Source: an uncultured Candidatus Saccharibacteria bacterium
GTDB taxonomy: Bacteria; Patescibacteriota; Doudnabacteria; UBA920; 2-01-FULL-46-14
Assembly (NCBI GenBank): GCA_964360335.1
Contig: CAYHVH010000002.1
Coordinates: 804 to 64,803 of the forward strand
Length of the DNA stretch: 64,000 nt
Direction of reading: 5' to 3'
The position numbers were made by a program, and so were the translations under genes. The notes below the pieces were generated by a model, which was given only the letters and a program-made list of their open reading frames with translations, was not told the DNA's origin and did no database searches. Positions 45,705-55,393 of this stretch are shown here, in pieces (within the stretch, counting starts at the first letter, position 1; each line of letters starts with the position of its first letter).

Positions 45705-46601
45705 ATGTTGACTGTCTTGAGATTTTCGAAAATCTGGTTTGGCCTCTCGGGTCTGCTGGTCGGCGGCGCTCTGGTTCTGCTGTTCACTTGGGGGCTAGAG
45801 CCGGGAATCGATTTCCGGGGGGGGGCTCTCCTGGAATTGGAATTTCCGCGAGCCATATCCGTTCCTGAACTAAGCCAGGCCCTCATGGCCCGAGGGCTCA
45901 AGGGAGCGGTAGTCCAGCCGATCAATGACCAAAGGGTAATCATCAAAACCGAAATCCTCGATGAAGCTAAAACCGAGCTCCTGAACAAGACTTTACAGGA
46001 AGAGTTCGGCGATTTCCGGGAGCTTCGATTTGAATCCATCGGGCCAACTATCAGTCGAGAGCTCATCCGGAAATCCTACTGGCAAATCATTCTAGTCTGC
46101 CTGGGAATTTTGTTCTACATCGCTTACGCTTTCCGCCGCATCAGCAAGGATACGAAGCGAACGGAAATCTCCCCTTGGCGACTGGGACTAGCCGCTGTCA
46201 TAGCGCTGTTTCATGATCTTTTAATCACGGTTGGTTTTTTTGTCCTCCTTGGCCACTTCCGGGGAGTCGAAATCGACAGCCTGTTTGTCACGGCGCTTCT
46301 CACAATTCTGGGTTTTTCCGTCCATGACACGATCGTAGTCTTTGACCGGATTAGGGAAAATGCCCAAAAGTTTCCCTACAAATCTTTCGGTACCATCATC
46401 GATCACGCCATTGCCTCTACCCTGGCCCGGTCCATCAACACCAGTTCGACTCTAGTATTCGTGCTCTTGGCCATGCTCTTGTTTGGCGGCCAAACCGTAT
46501 TTTACTTTGTCCTTGCGCTCCTCATAGGCGTTCTGGTCGGCACCTATTCTTCGATTTTTATTGCCAGTCCGCTCCTTCGAATTTGGGCAAAAGCCAAGTA
46601 A
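45705..46601 (+). CDS. secF: Protein-export membrane protein SecF
   Basis: GIDFRGG...; the typical SecF TM bundle (FHDLLITVGFFVLLG...). Confidence 0.9.
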   Translation: MLTVLRFSKIWFGLSGLLVGGALVLLFTWGLEPGIDFRGGALLELEFPRAISVPELSQALMARGLKGAVVQPINDQRVIIKTEILDEAKTELLNKTLQEEFGDFRELRFESIGPTISRELIRKSYWQIILVCLGILFYIAYAFRRISKDTKRTEISPWRLGLAAVIALFHDLLITVGFFVLLGHFRGVEIDSLFVTALLTILGFSVHDTIVVFDRIRENAQKFPYKSFGTIIDHAIASTLARSINTSSTLVFVLLAMLLFGGQTVFYFVLALLIGVLVGTYSSIFIASPLLRIWAKAK

Positions 46602-46662
46602 ACCCCGCCCCACGGGCTTACCCCCTCGTCCACATAAACGACTGATTTTTGCCAATTGTGAT

Positions 46663-46691
46663 TTGACAAAAAAAACAATTTATGCTATACT
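46663..46691 (+). promoter_or_regulatory. Consensus sigma-70 promoter (TTGACA-17-TATACT)
   Basis: TTGACA at 46663-46668, a 17-nt A-rich spacer, then TATACT at 46686-46691. It sits 27 nt upstream of the ATG at 46719. Confidence 0.6.
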
Positions 46692-46718
46692 GGCATCGTC
46701 TTATTTAACGGCTAGACT

Positions 46719-47843
46719 ATGCCAGAAGGTGATATTGAAAAAAAACCCGCGAAGTCTCCGAGTATCCTGGAGACAGTGAGCTTTTCCCAACAAACCGCGA
46801 CCCTACGAACGTTCAATCCCCAAGTTCTGCTTCAGGAGTACCTAGCGGTCCTCAAACCGCGGGAGCGACAGATTTTGGAAAACCGCCACGGCTTGCAGGA
46901 TGGGGAACCGCAAACTCTGGAAAGCATCGGGAAACACTTAAATCTCACTCGAGAACGGGTCAGGCAAATTGAAAAGGAAGCTCTGAAAAAACTGACCCGG
47001 GCCCCGTTACCCGCCCATCTCGCGGAGGCCGTGGGTTTAATTTTTGGAATTATTGAAGAGCAGGGAGCGATAATCCGAGAGACCAAAATCCTCGACACGC
47101 TGCTGGCGAGTAACAACACGCCGGTCGCTCGGCGGGGAATTTTGTTCATCCTCAACCTCGTTCCCCGTTTTATGTTGTTCCCGGAAAATTCCGAATACCA
47201 CCAGAGCTGGTATGTTAGCGGGTTTGACCAAAAACCGCTCCGAGAAGTGATTGGGCTGGCGCAGAAGGCGCTTCAAGAATCCGAAAAGCCCATCCCGCTC
47301 GGGACCGTTTTGGAGCGCGTCAAAAAAGCCACTACTGACCCGGAAATTCTAGCGCTCTCCAATGAGGCGCTCGAGAGCTACATTGGCATTTCCAAATCTC
47401 TGGGCCGCAACGCCTATGAGGAGTGGGGACTCTCGGCGTGGACAGAAATTCATCCCAAGGATATTGGTGACAAAATTTACCTCGTCCTCCTGCACTACGG
47501 GAAACCGGAACACTACGCGAAAATCACGGAACTCATCAATAAACAGAGTTTTGACCAGCGCGTGGCGAACAAGGAAACCGTGCACAACGAACTCATCAAG
47601 GACGAACGGTTCGTGCTGGTGGGCCGCGGCATTTACGCCCTCAAGGACTGGGGCTATGAGCGGGGTATCGTGGCCGATGTCATCCGGCAAATTCTGCAAA
47701 CTGCCAAGGAGCCCCTCACCAAAGCACAAATCATCGAGGAGGTCCTGAAGCGTCGTCTGGTAAAACGCAACACGGTGATTGTCGGTCTTTCCAACAAAAA
47801 ACTCTTCAAAAAAACCGCCGACAATCGATACGCAAATGTTTAG
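46719..47843 (+). CDS. Sigma-70 region-4-type HTH domain protein with a ~270-aa C-terminal domain of unknown function
   Basis: RERQILENRHGLQDGEPQTLESIGKHLNLTRERVRQIEKEALKKL is a classic sigma-70 region 4.2 HTH. The remainder is unassigned. Confidence 0.55.
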   Translation: MPEGDIEKKPAKSPSILETVSFSQQTATLRTFNPQVLLQEYLAVLKPRERQILENRHGLQDGEPQTLESIGKHLNLTRERVRQIEKEALKKLTRAPLPAHLAEAVGLIFGIIEEQGAIIRETKILDTLLASNNTPVARRGILFILNLVPRFMLFPENSEYHQSWYVSGFDQKPLREVIGLAQKALQESEKPIPLGTVLERVKKATTDPEILALSNEALESYIGISKSLGRNAYEEWGLSAWTEIHPKDIGDKIYLVLLHYGKPEHYAKITELINKQSFDQRVANKETVHNELIKDERFVLVGRGIYALKDWGYERGIVADVIRQILQTAKEPLTKAQIIEEVLKRRLVKRNTVIVGLSNKKLFKKTADNRYANV

Positions 47844-49128
47844 CGACTTGGTAGAATTATTTCGCTTAGTCGTTTTTGTCCTCCTCAAGGGCGGCTGGGT
47901 GGTGCTGGTCGCCGCCCTGATTTACATGTTTTGGAAGCTCTACATCGATTATATTCAAATCCGATATTACAATCAGCAGGAATGGGTGTATCTCAGCATA
48001 TCCGCCCCGCGGGAAAGCGAGAAAAGCCCGCTGGCTTTTGAACAGATTTTCAACCAGCTCCATGCCATACACTCTACCTACCAGCCGGCGGAAAGATACA
48101 TCGAGGGCAAAATTCACATTTGGTTTACCTGGGAAATGGTGGGGATTGGCGGGACAATCAGCAACTTTGTAAAAATTCTCACCAAGCACCGCGACACGCT
48201 GGAAGCGGCAATTTATTCCCAATTTCCCGAGGCGGAAATCACGGAAACCGACGATTACTTTGACCGCCTGCCGCGCTACCACACTGACACCTCGGATTTT
48301 GACATCTTTGCTTTCAGCTTCAAGCTCGCTAATCCCGATCCTTACCCGATCCGCAGTTACCTGGATTTCGAACACCCCACTGCCGATACTTTCGTGGATC
48401 CGGTGACCGGGATCTGGGAAGAACTGGGAAAACTCAATCCCTACGAGATGTTTGTCGTCCAGTACCTCATCCGGCCCTGGGATGACAAATGGAAAGTCAA
48501 AGGTTACGAACTAGTCCAAAAGCTGAAAGGCGTGCCGGAGGCCAACAGAAAACCGGCGGGAATTGGCGGGATTATCGGAAAAGTTTTCGGACCCTTCCTC
48601 GATATTTTGATTCGCCCCGAACCGACTATGGCTAGGCCGAAAAAGGAAGAGCCGCCCAGCTTGATGCTCCACCTCTCCGAAGGGGAAAAGATCATTATCG
48701 CTGCGATTGAGCGCAAACTCTCCAAACTCTCTTTCAAGGTCAAGATCCGCTGTCTATATCTCGCCCCGCGGGAAAAATACAACCCCAGTCCCGTCTATAC
48801 TGCGGTAATCGGGGCTTTTAAAAGCTGGCGCGCTACCAACCTCAATGCCCTAAAACCCGACACGGATCACTGGACCAAACCGCATTATTGGGTGGACAAA
48901 GACTGGGAAAAATCGATCCATGAGTTGCGCAACAAATACCGTAAACGCCGATTCTGGTCCCAGATTCGTCGCCGGTTCATCATCCACGGTCGAAAGCATA
49001 TGATGCTGAATTCTGAGGAGCTGGCCACCATTCTACATTTCCCGACCATCGAAGTCACGGTGCCGCGCATTGAGAAGGTTACGGTCACCAAAATCCAGCC
49101 CCCGCCCGAACTTCCCGTAGCCCCATAG
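47836..49128 (+). CDS. N-terminally membrane-anchored hypothetical protein (possible partner of the downstream T4CP-like ATPase)
   Basis: ATG at 47836 overlaps the upstream stop. One TM (VVFVLLKGGWVVLVAALIYMFW), then a ~400-aa soluble domain. Shares the MFS- start context aaATGtttagc with the next gene. Confidence 0.5.
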   Translation: MFSDLVELFRLVVFVLLKGGWVVLVAALIYMFWKLYIDYIQIRYYNQQEWVYLSISAPRESEKSPLAFEQIFNQLHAIHSTYQPAERYIEGKIHIWFTWEMVGIGGTISNFVKILTKHRDTLEAAIYSQFPEAEITETDDYFDRLPRYHTDTSDFDIFAFSFKLANPDPYPIRSYLDFEHPTADTFVDPVTGIWEELGKLNPYEMFVVQYLIRPWDDKWKVKGYELVQKLKGVPEANRKPAGIGGIIGKVFGPFLDILIRPEPTMARPKKEEPPSLMLHLSEGEKIIIAAIERKLSKLSFKVKIRCLYLAPREKYNPSPVYTAVIGAFKSWRATNLNALKPDTDHWTKPHYWVDKDWEKSIHELRNKYRKRRFWSQIRRRFIIHGRKHMMLNSEELATILHFPTIEVTVPRIEKVTVTKIQPPPELPVAP

Positions 49129-49159
49129 CAAATTATTTATCCGGCCATAAAAAATTAAA

Positions 49160-50758
49160 ATGTTTAGCAACGCGGGCCTCAACCCAACCAAGGAGCACAT
49201 CAACGTGTTCGCCAGAACGAACTTCCGAAACCGAGAAGTGGCTTTTGGCATCAAGCAGGACGACCGGCGCCGCCATATGTACATCATCGGCAAAACCGGG
49301 ATGGGCAAAACAACGATGATTGAAAACATGATTGTCCAGGACATTATCGCCGGACACGGGGTGGCGTTCGTCGATCCGCATGGCGAATCCGTGGAGAAAA
49401 TCCTCAACTACATACCCACGTCCCGCGTCAATGACGTCATCTATTTTAACCCGGCCGATCTGGATTATCCAATTGCCTTTAATCCCCTAGAATCCGTGGA
49501 CCCAAAATATAAACACCTGGTGGCTTCGGGACTGATGGGGGTATTTACGAAAATTTGGGAAAACGTCTGGAGCGCGCGCATGGAGTACATCCTCAACAAT
49601 ACCATCCTCGCCCTCTTGGACACTCCCGGCAACACCATGCTCGGGATCGCCCGGATGCTCGTGGACAAGCAGTTCCGCAAAAAAATCGTGGACAATATCC
49701 GGGATCCGATTGTCAAATCCTTTTGGGTCGATGAATTTGCCAACTACAACGACCGCTTCCGCAACGAGGCCATTGCTCCGATTCAAAATAAAGTCGGGCA
49801 ATTCCTGTCTTCGGCCATCATCAGGAACATCGTCGGCCAGCCGAAAAGCACGATTGACCTCCGGGAAATTATGGATCAAAAAAAGATTCTCCTTTTGAAC
49901 CTTTCCAAAGGCCGCATCGGGGAAGACAACTCCGCGCTCCTGGGCGCAATGTTCATCACCAAAGTGCAGCTCGCCGCCATGAGCCGGGTGGATATGCCGG
50001 AGGAGAATCGCACTGACTTTTATCTCTACGTCGACGAATTCCAAAATTTCGCCACCGAGTCATTTGCGACCATTCTCTCGGAGGCCAGGAAGTACCATCT
50101 CAACCTCACGATTGCCCACCAGTACATCGAACAGCTCGACGAAAAAGTCGCCGCCGCGGTTTTCGGCAACGTCGGAACGATTATCGTCTTTCGGATCGGC
50201 GCCACGGATGCGGAAGCCCTGGAACCGGAATTCGAACCAATCTTTGAGATGACTGATTTGGTCAACTTGAGCAAATACCACATTTATCTCAAATTGATGA
50301 TTAATGGCGTGGCTTCCCAGCCGTTCTCCGCCGTAACCCTGCCCCCGCTCGCGGAAAAAACTGGAAACGAGGAGAAAATCATCCGGGTGTCGCGCGAACG
50401 TTACAGCCGTCTTCGGGAAAAGATCGAGGAGAAAATTACGCGCTGGATGGGTCAGGAATACCATCAGGAAGCCGCCCAGCAAGATCTCACGGCAGAAGAC
50501 GAAGATCAGGAAAGGGGAGGGGTGATCTTTACCGGCCCCACGGCCCGGAGACCAAACGTCGCCAGCACGGAAATGCCCAAAGCAGCGCCCGCTCCCGAGA
50601 GGCCTCAACCAAAACCGGCGGCGCGGCAGGAACATCCGGTCTGGCAACAGGTCGCCGCAGAAACGCAAAAAAAGACCGAGGAGGCGGCCAAAAAACTCGC
50701 CAAAGGCTTGCGTTTTGACTTCGGCAAAAACAGGCCGGAACCACCCCAACAGCAATAG
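49160..50758 (+). CDS. VirD4/TraG/TraD-superfamily (type IV coupling-protein-like) P-loop ATPase with disordered Pro/Glu-rich tail
   Basis: Walker A IIGKTGMGKTT; Walker B-like FYLYVDEFQNFATESFATILSEARKYHLNLTIAHQYIEQLD. C-terminal ~110 aa is low-complexity (PKAAPAPERPQPKPAARQ...). The family call is from motif pattern only. Confidence 0.55.
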   Translation: MFSNAGLNPTKEHINVFARTNFRNREVAFGIKQDDRRRHMYIIGKTGMGKTTMIENMIVQDIIAGHGVAFVDPHGESVEKILNYIPTSRVNDVIYFNPADLDYPIAFNPLESVDPKYKHLVASGLMGVFTKIWENVWSARMEYILNNTILALLDTPGNTMLGIARMLVDKQFRKKIVDNIRDPIVKSFWVDEFANYNDRFRNEAIAPIQNKVGQFLSSAIIRNIVGQPKSTIDLREIMDQKKILLLNLSKGRIGEDNSALLGAMFITKVQLAAMSRVDMPEENRTDFYLYVDEFQNFATESFATILSEARKYHLNLTIAHQYIEQLDEKVAAAVFGNVGTIIVFRIGATDAEALEPEFEPIFEMTDLVNLSKYHIYLKLMINGVASQPFSAVTLPPLAEKTGNEEKIIRVSRERYSRLREKIEEKITRWMGQEYHQEAAQQDLTAEDEDQERGGVIFTGPTARRPNVASTEMPKAAPAPERPQPKPAARQEHPVWQQVAAETQKKTEEAAKKLAKGLRFDFGKNRPEPPQQQ

Positions 50759-50779
50759 AGTGCCACAGAAAGAAACGAT

Positions 50780-51625
50780 CTACAGGCTACAACTGCTGCT
50801 CTTGTCTCGTTCCACGGGTAGCAACTGTTTCAAAACCTCCTGATAGCCGCTGGCGCTGGAATACGGTACACCTAAAACAACTTTCGGATCAACATCAATC
50901 CACTCCAAACCTTTGGTGGCAAGGTATTTAGCGATCGTTAGATAGGTGCCCGGAAACCAAAACGAATTGACCTGAAGAGCGACTTGATACATCTCGGTTT
51001 CGGAAACGCCCTGAGCGGCCATAAGTTCCAAAAGTCCGAGCATTGCCATGCCGTGGTTGCAATCCGGAAAATAGGTCGGGTTATCGCAGCAGGGGCGATA
51101 GATATTTTTGGAAACCCGCTCGACCAAAGCTTGTTCCTGGGCATTGAGCGGCACGAACTGATATTTCGCATAATGTTCCATGGCGTTTCCCTTAGAGAGG
51201 GTCCAGCCGCCGGTTGAAGCAAAAACTTGAGCACCGCCGTATTGCGGATCGGTCATCGGCCCGCGTTCCAAAATTTCGTTCTTGTTGCTCAGGCCAAAGC
51301 CCCAGAGTAAAGTTAGCAAAAAATTGGCATTGGCCGCGGTTATTTTTATGTTGCCATCAACTTTCTCGGTCAAGAGTCTGTTATTCTCGCCACTCAAGTC
51401 GCCCGAGGGACCATAAACTGCCTGAAGCTTTTCTGGATCAAGCACCCCTCTCTCAACCATTTTAATCCCGAGGTCGCCCCAGGTTATCGGCAAAATCACT
51501 CCCCCTGGCGGCAAAACGGATTTCTCCAGATCGGCAGTATCGGTTTTTACCTCAACTCTGCTGCCCAGAATCACTAAAACGGCTAGGAGCAAACCCAAGA
51601 CGACTGGATAAAACTTTTCTGTCAT
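50780..51625 (-). CDS. Exported Cys-containing hypothetical protein (adjacent to Cu-ATPase)
   Basis: N-terminal signal/TM, then a CCDNPTYFPDCNHGM cysteine cluster. 281 aa. Confidence 0.5.
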   Translation of the reverse strand: MTEKFYPVVLGLLLAVLVILGSRVEVKTDTADLEKSVLPPGGVILPITWGDLGIKMVERGVLDPEKLQAVYGPSGDLSGENNRLLTEKVDGNIKITAANANFLLTLLWGFGLSNKNEILERGPMTDPQYGGAQVFASTGGWTLSKGNAMEHYAKYQFVPLNAQEQALVERVSKNIYRPCCDNPTYFPDCNHGMAMLGLLELMAAQGVSETEMYQVALQVNSFWFPGTYLTIAKYLATKGLEWIDVDPKVVLGVPYSSASGYQEVLKQLLPVERDKSSSCSL

Positions 51626-51632
51626 ACGGAAC

Positions 51633-53792
51633 TTAGAGTTTCTGTCTTCTTAAGAATAAAGCGTTAATGGCCACAATAATCGTGCTCAAAGACATAAAGA
51701 CGGCGGCCAAGGCGGGTTGTAACAAAATACCTTTAAAAGCCAAAACCCCAGCGGCCAGGGGCAGGGCTACGACGTTGTAGCCGGTAGCCCAGAACAAGTT
51801 TTGAATCATTTTCCGGTAAGTGGTCCGCGAGAGTTTGATAATCTTTACGATGTCGCGCGGGTCATTTTTGACCAAAATTATTCCCGCTGATTCGATTGCT
51901 ACATTGGTTCCCGCCCCAATGGCAATCCCAATATCGGCGTGCGTCAAGGCCGGCGCATCGTTTACGCCGTCCCCGACCATGGCGACTTTGTACCCCTTGG
52001 CCTGCAAAAGTTTAACCTTTGCCGATTTGGCCCCGGGCAAGACCCTGGCAAAGTATTCGTCAATGCCCAGCTCACTCGCGACCCAAAGGGCGACCTCTTC
52101 CGAATCACCGGTGAGCATCGCGACCTTTACCCCCATGGTTTTTAAGTCTTTTACCGCTTGTCGCGATTCCTCGCGGATCAAATCAGAAAGAGCAATAACG
52201 CCCAGGAGGCTGTTTTCCATGACCACGTAGATGATGGTTTTACCAAGACCGGCGAGATGCGAAATTTCAGGCAAGAGGTTAACCGGAACTACTACCCCCA
52301 GGTCCTTCAAGAGCGCCTCGCTGCCGACATAAACCATCTGATCTTTAATTTTGGCCTTGGCTCCAAGTCCCGGGATTCTTAGGAAATCACTGACCTCAAG
52401 CAATTGCAATTTTGACTCCTCGGCTCTTTTGACAATCGCTCGAGCAATATAGTGCTCCGACCCCCGGTCGACCGAGGCCGCGTACTCCAAAACTTTCGCG
52501 ACACCCTGTGCCCTATCTCCTAGCTCTGGTCCAAGATTGGGAAGCACTCGTTCTACGCCAAACTCACCTGTAGTTAAAGTACCCGTTTTATCAAAAAGCA
52601 CCATGTCGAGCTTTCGGGCGGCTTCCAAAGCCATCCTTTGTTTAACTAGAAGTCCGTTGCGGGCCGCTAGGGTGGTGGAAATGGAGGCGACCAGAGGAAC
52701 GGCCAGGCCCAAGGCGTGGGGGCAGGCGATAACGAGCACGGCCACCAACCGTTCGGTCGCGAAAACTACCCCAGCCCGCGCCAAAAGCCAGACAACGAAG
52801 GTCAGAGTGCCAGTGGCGATGGCAATTATTGTTAGATAAAAAGCCGCACGGTCGGAAAGAACCTGGAGTCGAGACTTAGACGCTTGAGCCTCCGCCACGA
52901 GTCTCATCACCCCGGCCAGAAAAGTAGACTCACCAATTTTGTTGACGCGAATCTGGAGGCTCCCGTCCCCATTGATTGTCCCAGCAATCACCTGACTGCC
53001 AACCGTTTTCTCCACTGGCTTTGACTCGCCGGTAACAATTGATTCATTAACTTCTGACTTGCCCTTAATGACCGCGGCATCAGAGGGGACCTTACCTCCA
53101 GGTTTTACCAAAACAATGTCCCCGACGCGGAGCTCGGCTAGAGGAATAATTTTTGTGCTATTCCCGCTAACCACCTCGGCGGTATCCGGCAAAAGTTTCG
53201 AAAGCTCCTTGAGGGCGCCCTGCGCTCCTTGGACGGCTTTCATCTCCAGGTAGTGACCGAGAAGCATGATAGTGATCAGGGTCACAAGCTCCCAAAACAG
53301 GGTATGGGGACTGCCCCGCAGAGTTTCAAAAACACTAAAAAGATAAGCCGCCGAGATCGCGACCGCGATAAGAGTCATCATCCCCGGCAAACGCGCCCTT
53401 AGCTCCCGCCAGGCCCCTGCTAAAAAGACCCAGCCGCCGTAGAAGAAGACGATTGAGCCCAAGCCCAACGCCAGGTACTGCGCGCCCGGGAACGGGGGAG
53501 CCGTGATCTTTAAGAGCTCTTTCGCCAAGTCAGAATACCAGAGTACCGGAACCGTCAAAATCAAACTCACCCAGAATTTCCGAGCAAATTGAGCAAGGCT
53601 ATGGCCTTCGTGTTTATTGAACCCTTCGTGCTGCTCATGTCCCGACTGTTTCGCCTCGCCCCTTTCGCTTTTCGCCTTGACCAGAGCCATCCCGCATTCC
53701 GGGCAAATCCCGGGACCATCCTGCCGGACCTCCGGGTGCATGGGGCAGATGTATACCTGCTCCTCCTTTTGTCCGTGATTTTGCGCGTCCAT
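51633..53792 (-). CDS. P1B-type heavy-metal (copper) translocating P-type ATPase with N-terminal CPxHP...CPxCGM metal-binding domain
   Basis: DKTGTLT phosphorylation motif; CPH motif in the TM helix (IACPHALGLA); TGES-like, GDGVNDAPAL. N-terminus CPMHPEVRQDGPGICPECGM and His-rich HEQHEGFNKHEGH. Confidence 0.9.
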   Translation of the reverse strand: MDAQNHGQKEEQVYICPMHPEVRQDGPGICPECGMALVKAKSERGEAKQSGHEQHEGFNKHEGHSLAQFARKFWVSLILTVPVLWYSDLAKELLKITAPPFPGAQYLALGLGSIVFFYGGWVFLAGAWRELRARLPGMMTLIAVAISAAYLFSVFETLRGSPHTLFWELVTLITIMLLGHYLEMKAVQGAQGALKELSKLLPDTAEVVSGNSTKIIPLAELRVGDIVLVKPGGKVPSDAAVIKGKSEVNESIVTGESKPVEKTVGSQVIAGTINGDGSLQIRVNKIGESTFLAGVMRLVAEAQASKSRLQVLSDRAAFYLTIIAIATGTLTFVVWLLARAGVVFATERLVAVLVIACPHALGLAVPLVASISTTLAARNGLLVKQRMALEAARKLDMVLFDKTGTLTTGEFGVERVLPNLGPELGDRAQGVAKVLEYAASVDRGSEHYIARAIVKRAEESKLQLLEVSDFLRIPGLGAKAKIKDQMVYVGSEALLKDLGVVVPVNLLPEISHLAGLGKTIIYVVMENSLLGVIALSDLIREESRQAVKDLKTMGVKVAMLTGDSEEVALWVASELGIDEYFARVLPGAKSAKVKLLQAKGYKVAMVGDGVNDAPALTHADIGIAIGAGTNVAIESAGIILVKNDPRDIVKIIKLSRTTYRKMIQNLFWATGYNVVALPLAAGVLAFKGILLQPALAAVFMSLSTIIVAINALFLRRQKL

Positions 53793-53796
53793 ATCC

Positions 53797-54072
53797 TTAT
53801 TGCTCCGTCTGCTTAGTAAGGGAATTATACATTACGGCAAACAAATAATCCGCTGCCCAAGCCACAATCACGATACTAACCAGGCCGAACAGGAAGGAAC
53901 CGAAAGTTACGTCAACACCTTTGATTTTAGCAAGGTCGATCGCATGAAACCATGAGTTTCCGAGGGAGATTAAGAAATCCGGAGCTCCTACTGTCAATCC
54001 TACGCACACGACATAAAGGATGCCGACAATGACCGCCGAGGCATTGGCAAAAGCTTTAGCATTAAGTTTCAT
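53797..54072 (-). CDS. Small membrane protein, hypothetical
   Basis: 91 aa, 2-3 hydrophobic helices. In the copper island operon. Confidence 0.4.
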   Translation of the reverse strand: MKLNAKAFANASAVIVGILYVVCVGLTVGAPDFLISLGNSWFHAIDLAKIKGVDVTFGSFLFGLVSIVIVAWAADYLFAVMYNSLTKQTEQ

Positions 54073-54518
54073 TTAAATTCACCCCCTTTCCATTCGAAAA
54101 TTCTTAGGGGTATGCTTCCGACATTTTGAATCCTGACCTCAAGACGTGAGGGAAAAGGGGTGAGGGATTTAAACACCAGCCGACCTTCACGGTGATGGCC
54201 GCCAGGCGGATCACCTTCCCAGGCCAGAGCTCCTAGCCGTCTACCCGCGTCGTCAATCAGGATGGCGCTTGCTGACATATCCTCGTCTAATTCAACCGAG
54301 TGAGTATTCAAGGTTACCTTGAACTTCCAAACTGCCGCGTCCGGCGACAGATCTTCCGGCGCCACTTCAACACTTACCGGTCCTTGTTCATCCAGCTTCG
54401 GTTCCCAAGTCCTTCTTGGCACTTCTTGCGATATCGGCGACCCGTCCGACCACAGGAGAAAGAACAGAATGATTCCTGCCGCAACAAACAAAATCAGCCC
54501 TAATTTTTTTAAGTTCAT
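54069..54518 (-). CDS. Exported/membrane-anchored hypothetical protein
   Basis: N-terminal TM, then a soluble beta-rich-looking domain with a His cluster (GDPPGGHHREG). Overlaps its neighbours by 4 nt. Confidence 0.45.
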   Translation of the reverse strand: MNLKKLGLILFVAAGIILFFLLWSDGSPISQEVPRRTWEPKLDEQGPVSVEVAPEDLSPDAAVWKFKVTLNTHSVELDEDMSASAILIDDAGRRLGALAWEGDPPGGHHREGRLVFKSLTPFPSRLEVRIQNVGSIPLRIFEWKGGEFK

Positions 54519-54976
54519 AGCGCTGCCTGCTTTCTGAATTGCATCACCCGCCTACCAACATAAGCGATTCCAAAAAGGTTGAAGGCCAACCCGACCCAAA
54601 AAAATTGTGTTTGGTATTGCGCGGCGACGCTCAAGAAACCGGAGATTCCCAAGATCGGCACTAAATTTACGAGATAATGGGCGCAACAGGAGATCATTGC
54701 GGCTGTGGAAGTCGTTCCGGAAACCGCCAAGACTTTGCCTGAAGAACCACCAGCGCGGTGAACTGAGTTTTTGAGGTATGTAAAGAGGCTTACTTGGATG
54801 CCAAAGCCGATAGCTAAAGCCAAAATGAAATACCAAAAACTTCTAAATTGATCTCTTGCGAAGGTCCAATCGTTTAACGAGGTCAGAACAAAAAAATAGA
54901 CAGCAAGCAAGATGCTACTTGCTAATATGCCAAAAAATGCGGCCCTTATTTTGAGGCTATTTTCTCTTGGAGACAT
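54515..54976 (-). CDS. Polytopic membrane protein, hypothetical (CCAHY motif)
   Basis: 153 aa with 4 hydrophobic helices. Overlaps csoR by 20 nt. Confidence 0.45.
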   Translation of the reverse strand: MSPRENSLKIRAAFFGILASSILLAVYFFVLTSLNDWTFARDQFRSFWYFILALAIGFGIQVSLFTYLKNSVHRAGGSSGKVLAVSGTTSTAAMISCCAHYLVNLVPILGISGFLSVAAQYQTQFFWVGLAFNLFGIAYVGRRVMQFRKQAAL

Positions 54977-55226
54977 TGAAGACTGAAAGGATTTCCCTAA
55001 TGGCTTTACCCTCTTTACCGGATTTCATTTGCTCGATGACGTGGGTTTCAAGATGGTTCCCTAGGAGCAAATCCTCTACGCTGGAGAGCGCTTCTTTCAC
55101 CGCTTGCGACTGGTTGATGATATCAATGCAGTACTTGTCTTCGTCAACCAACCGCTCAAGACCGCGCACCTGGCCCTCAACAATCTTCAGTCGTCTAATC
55201 AGTTTGTTTCTGATATCGTGTTTCAT
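54957..55226 (-). CDS. csoR: CsoR/RcnR/FrmR-family metal-sensing transcriptional repressor
   Basis: 89 aa helical protein with metal-ligand pattern Cys (YCIDIINQ) ... His/His (LGNHLETHV), as in CsoR (DUF156). First gene of the minus-strand metal operon. Confidence 0.75.
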   Translation of the reverse strand: MKHDIRNKLIRRLKIVEGQVRGLERLVDEDKYCIDIINQSQAVKEALSSVEDLLLGNHLETHVIEQMKSGKEGKAIREILSVFNVSKRK

Positions 55227-55393
55227 AATTTTGCATTTTCTTCACTTTTCCGCCAAAGGCGGATCCGCCTCGGGCGGAAAACTTTGTACTTCCATGATAC
55301 CCCCAGGGGGTATATCTGTCAAGAGTCGATATTCTTCGAGCGAAGTCGAGAAGAGTTCTCGACAGGCTCGAACAATAATATTATAATTTAGCT

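Noticed and set aside
46602-46650. GC-rich stretch ccccgccccacgggcttaccccctcg after the secF stop as a terminator or repeat copy
   Set aside because: It has only a 4-bp gccc/gggc stem and no T-run, and is not clearly a member of the palindrome family. Insufficient support.
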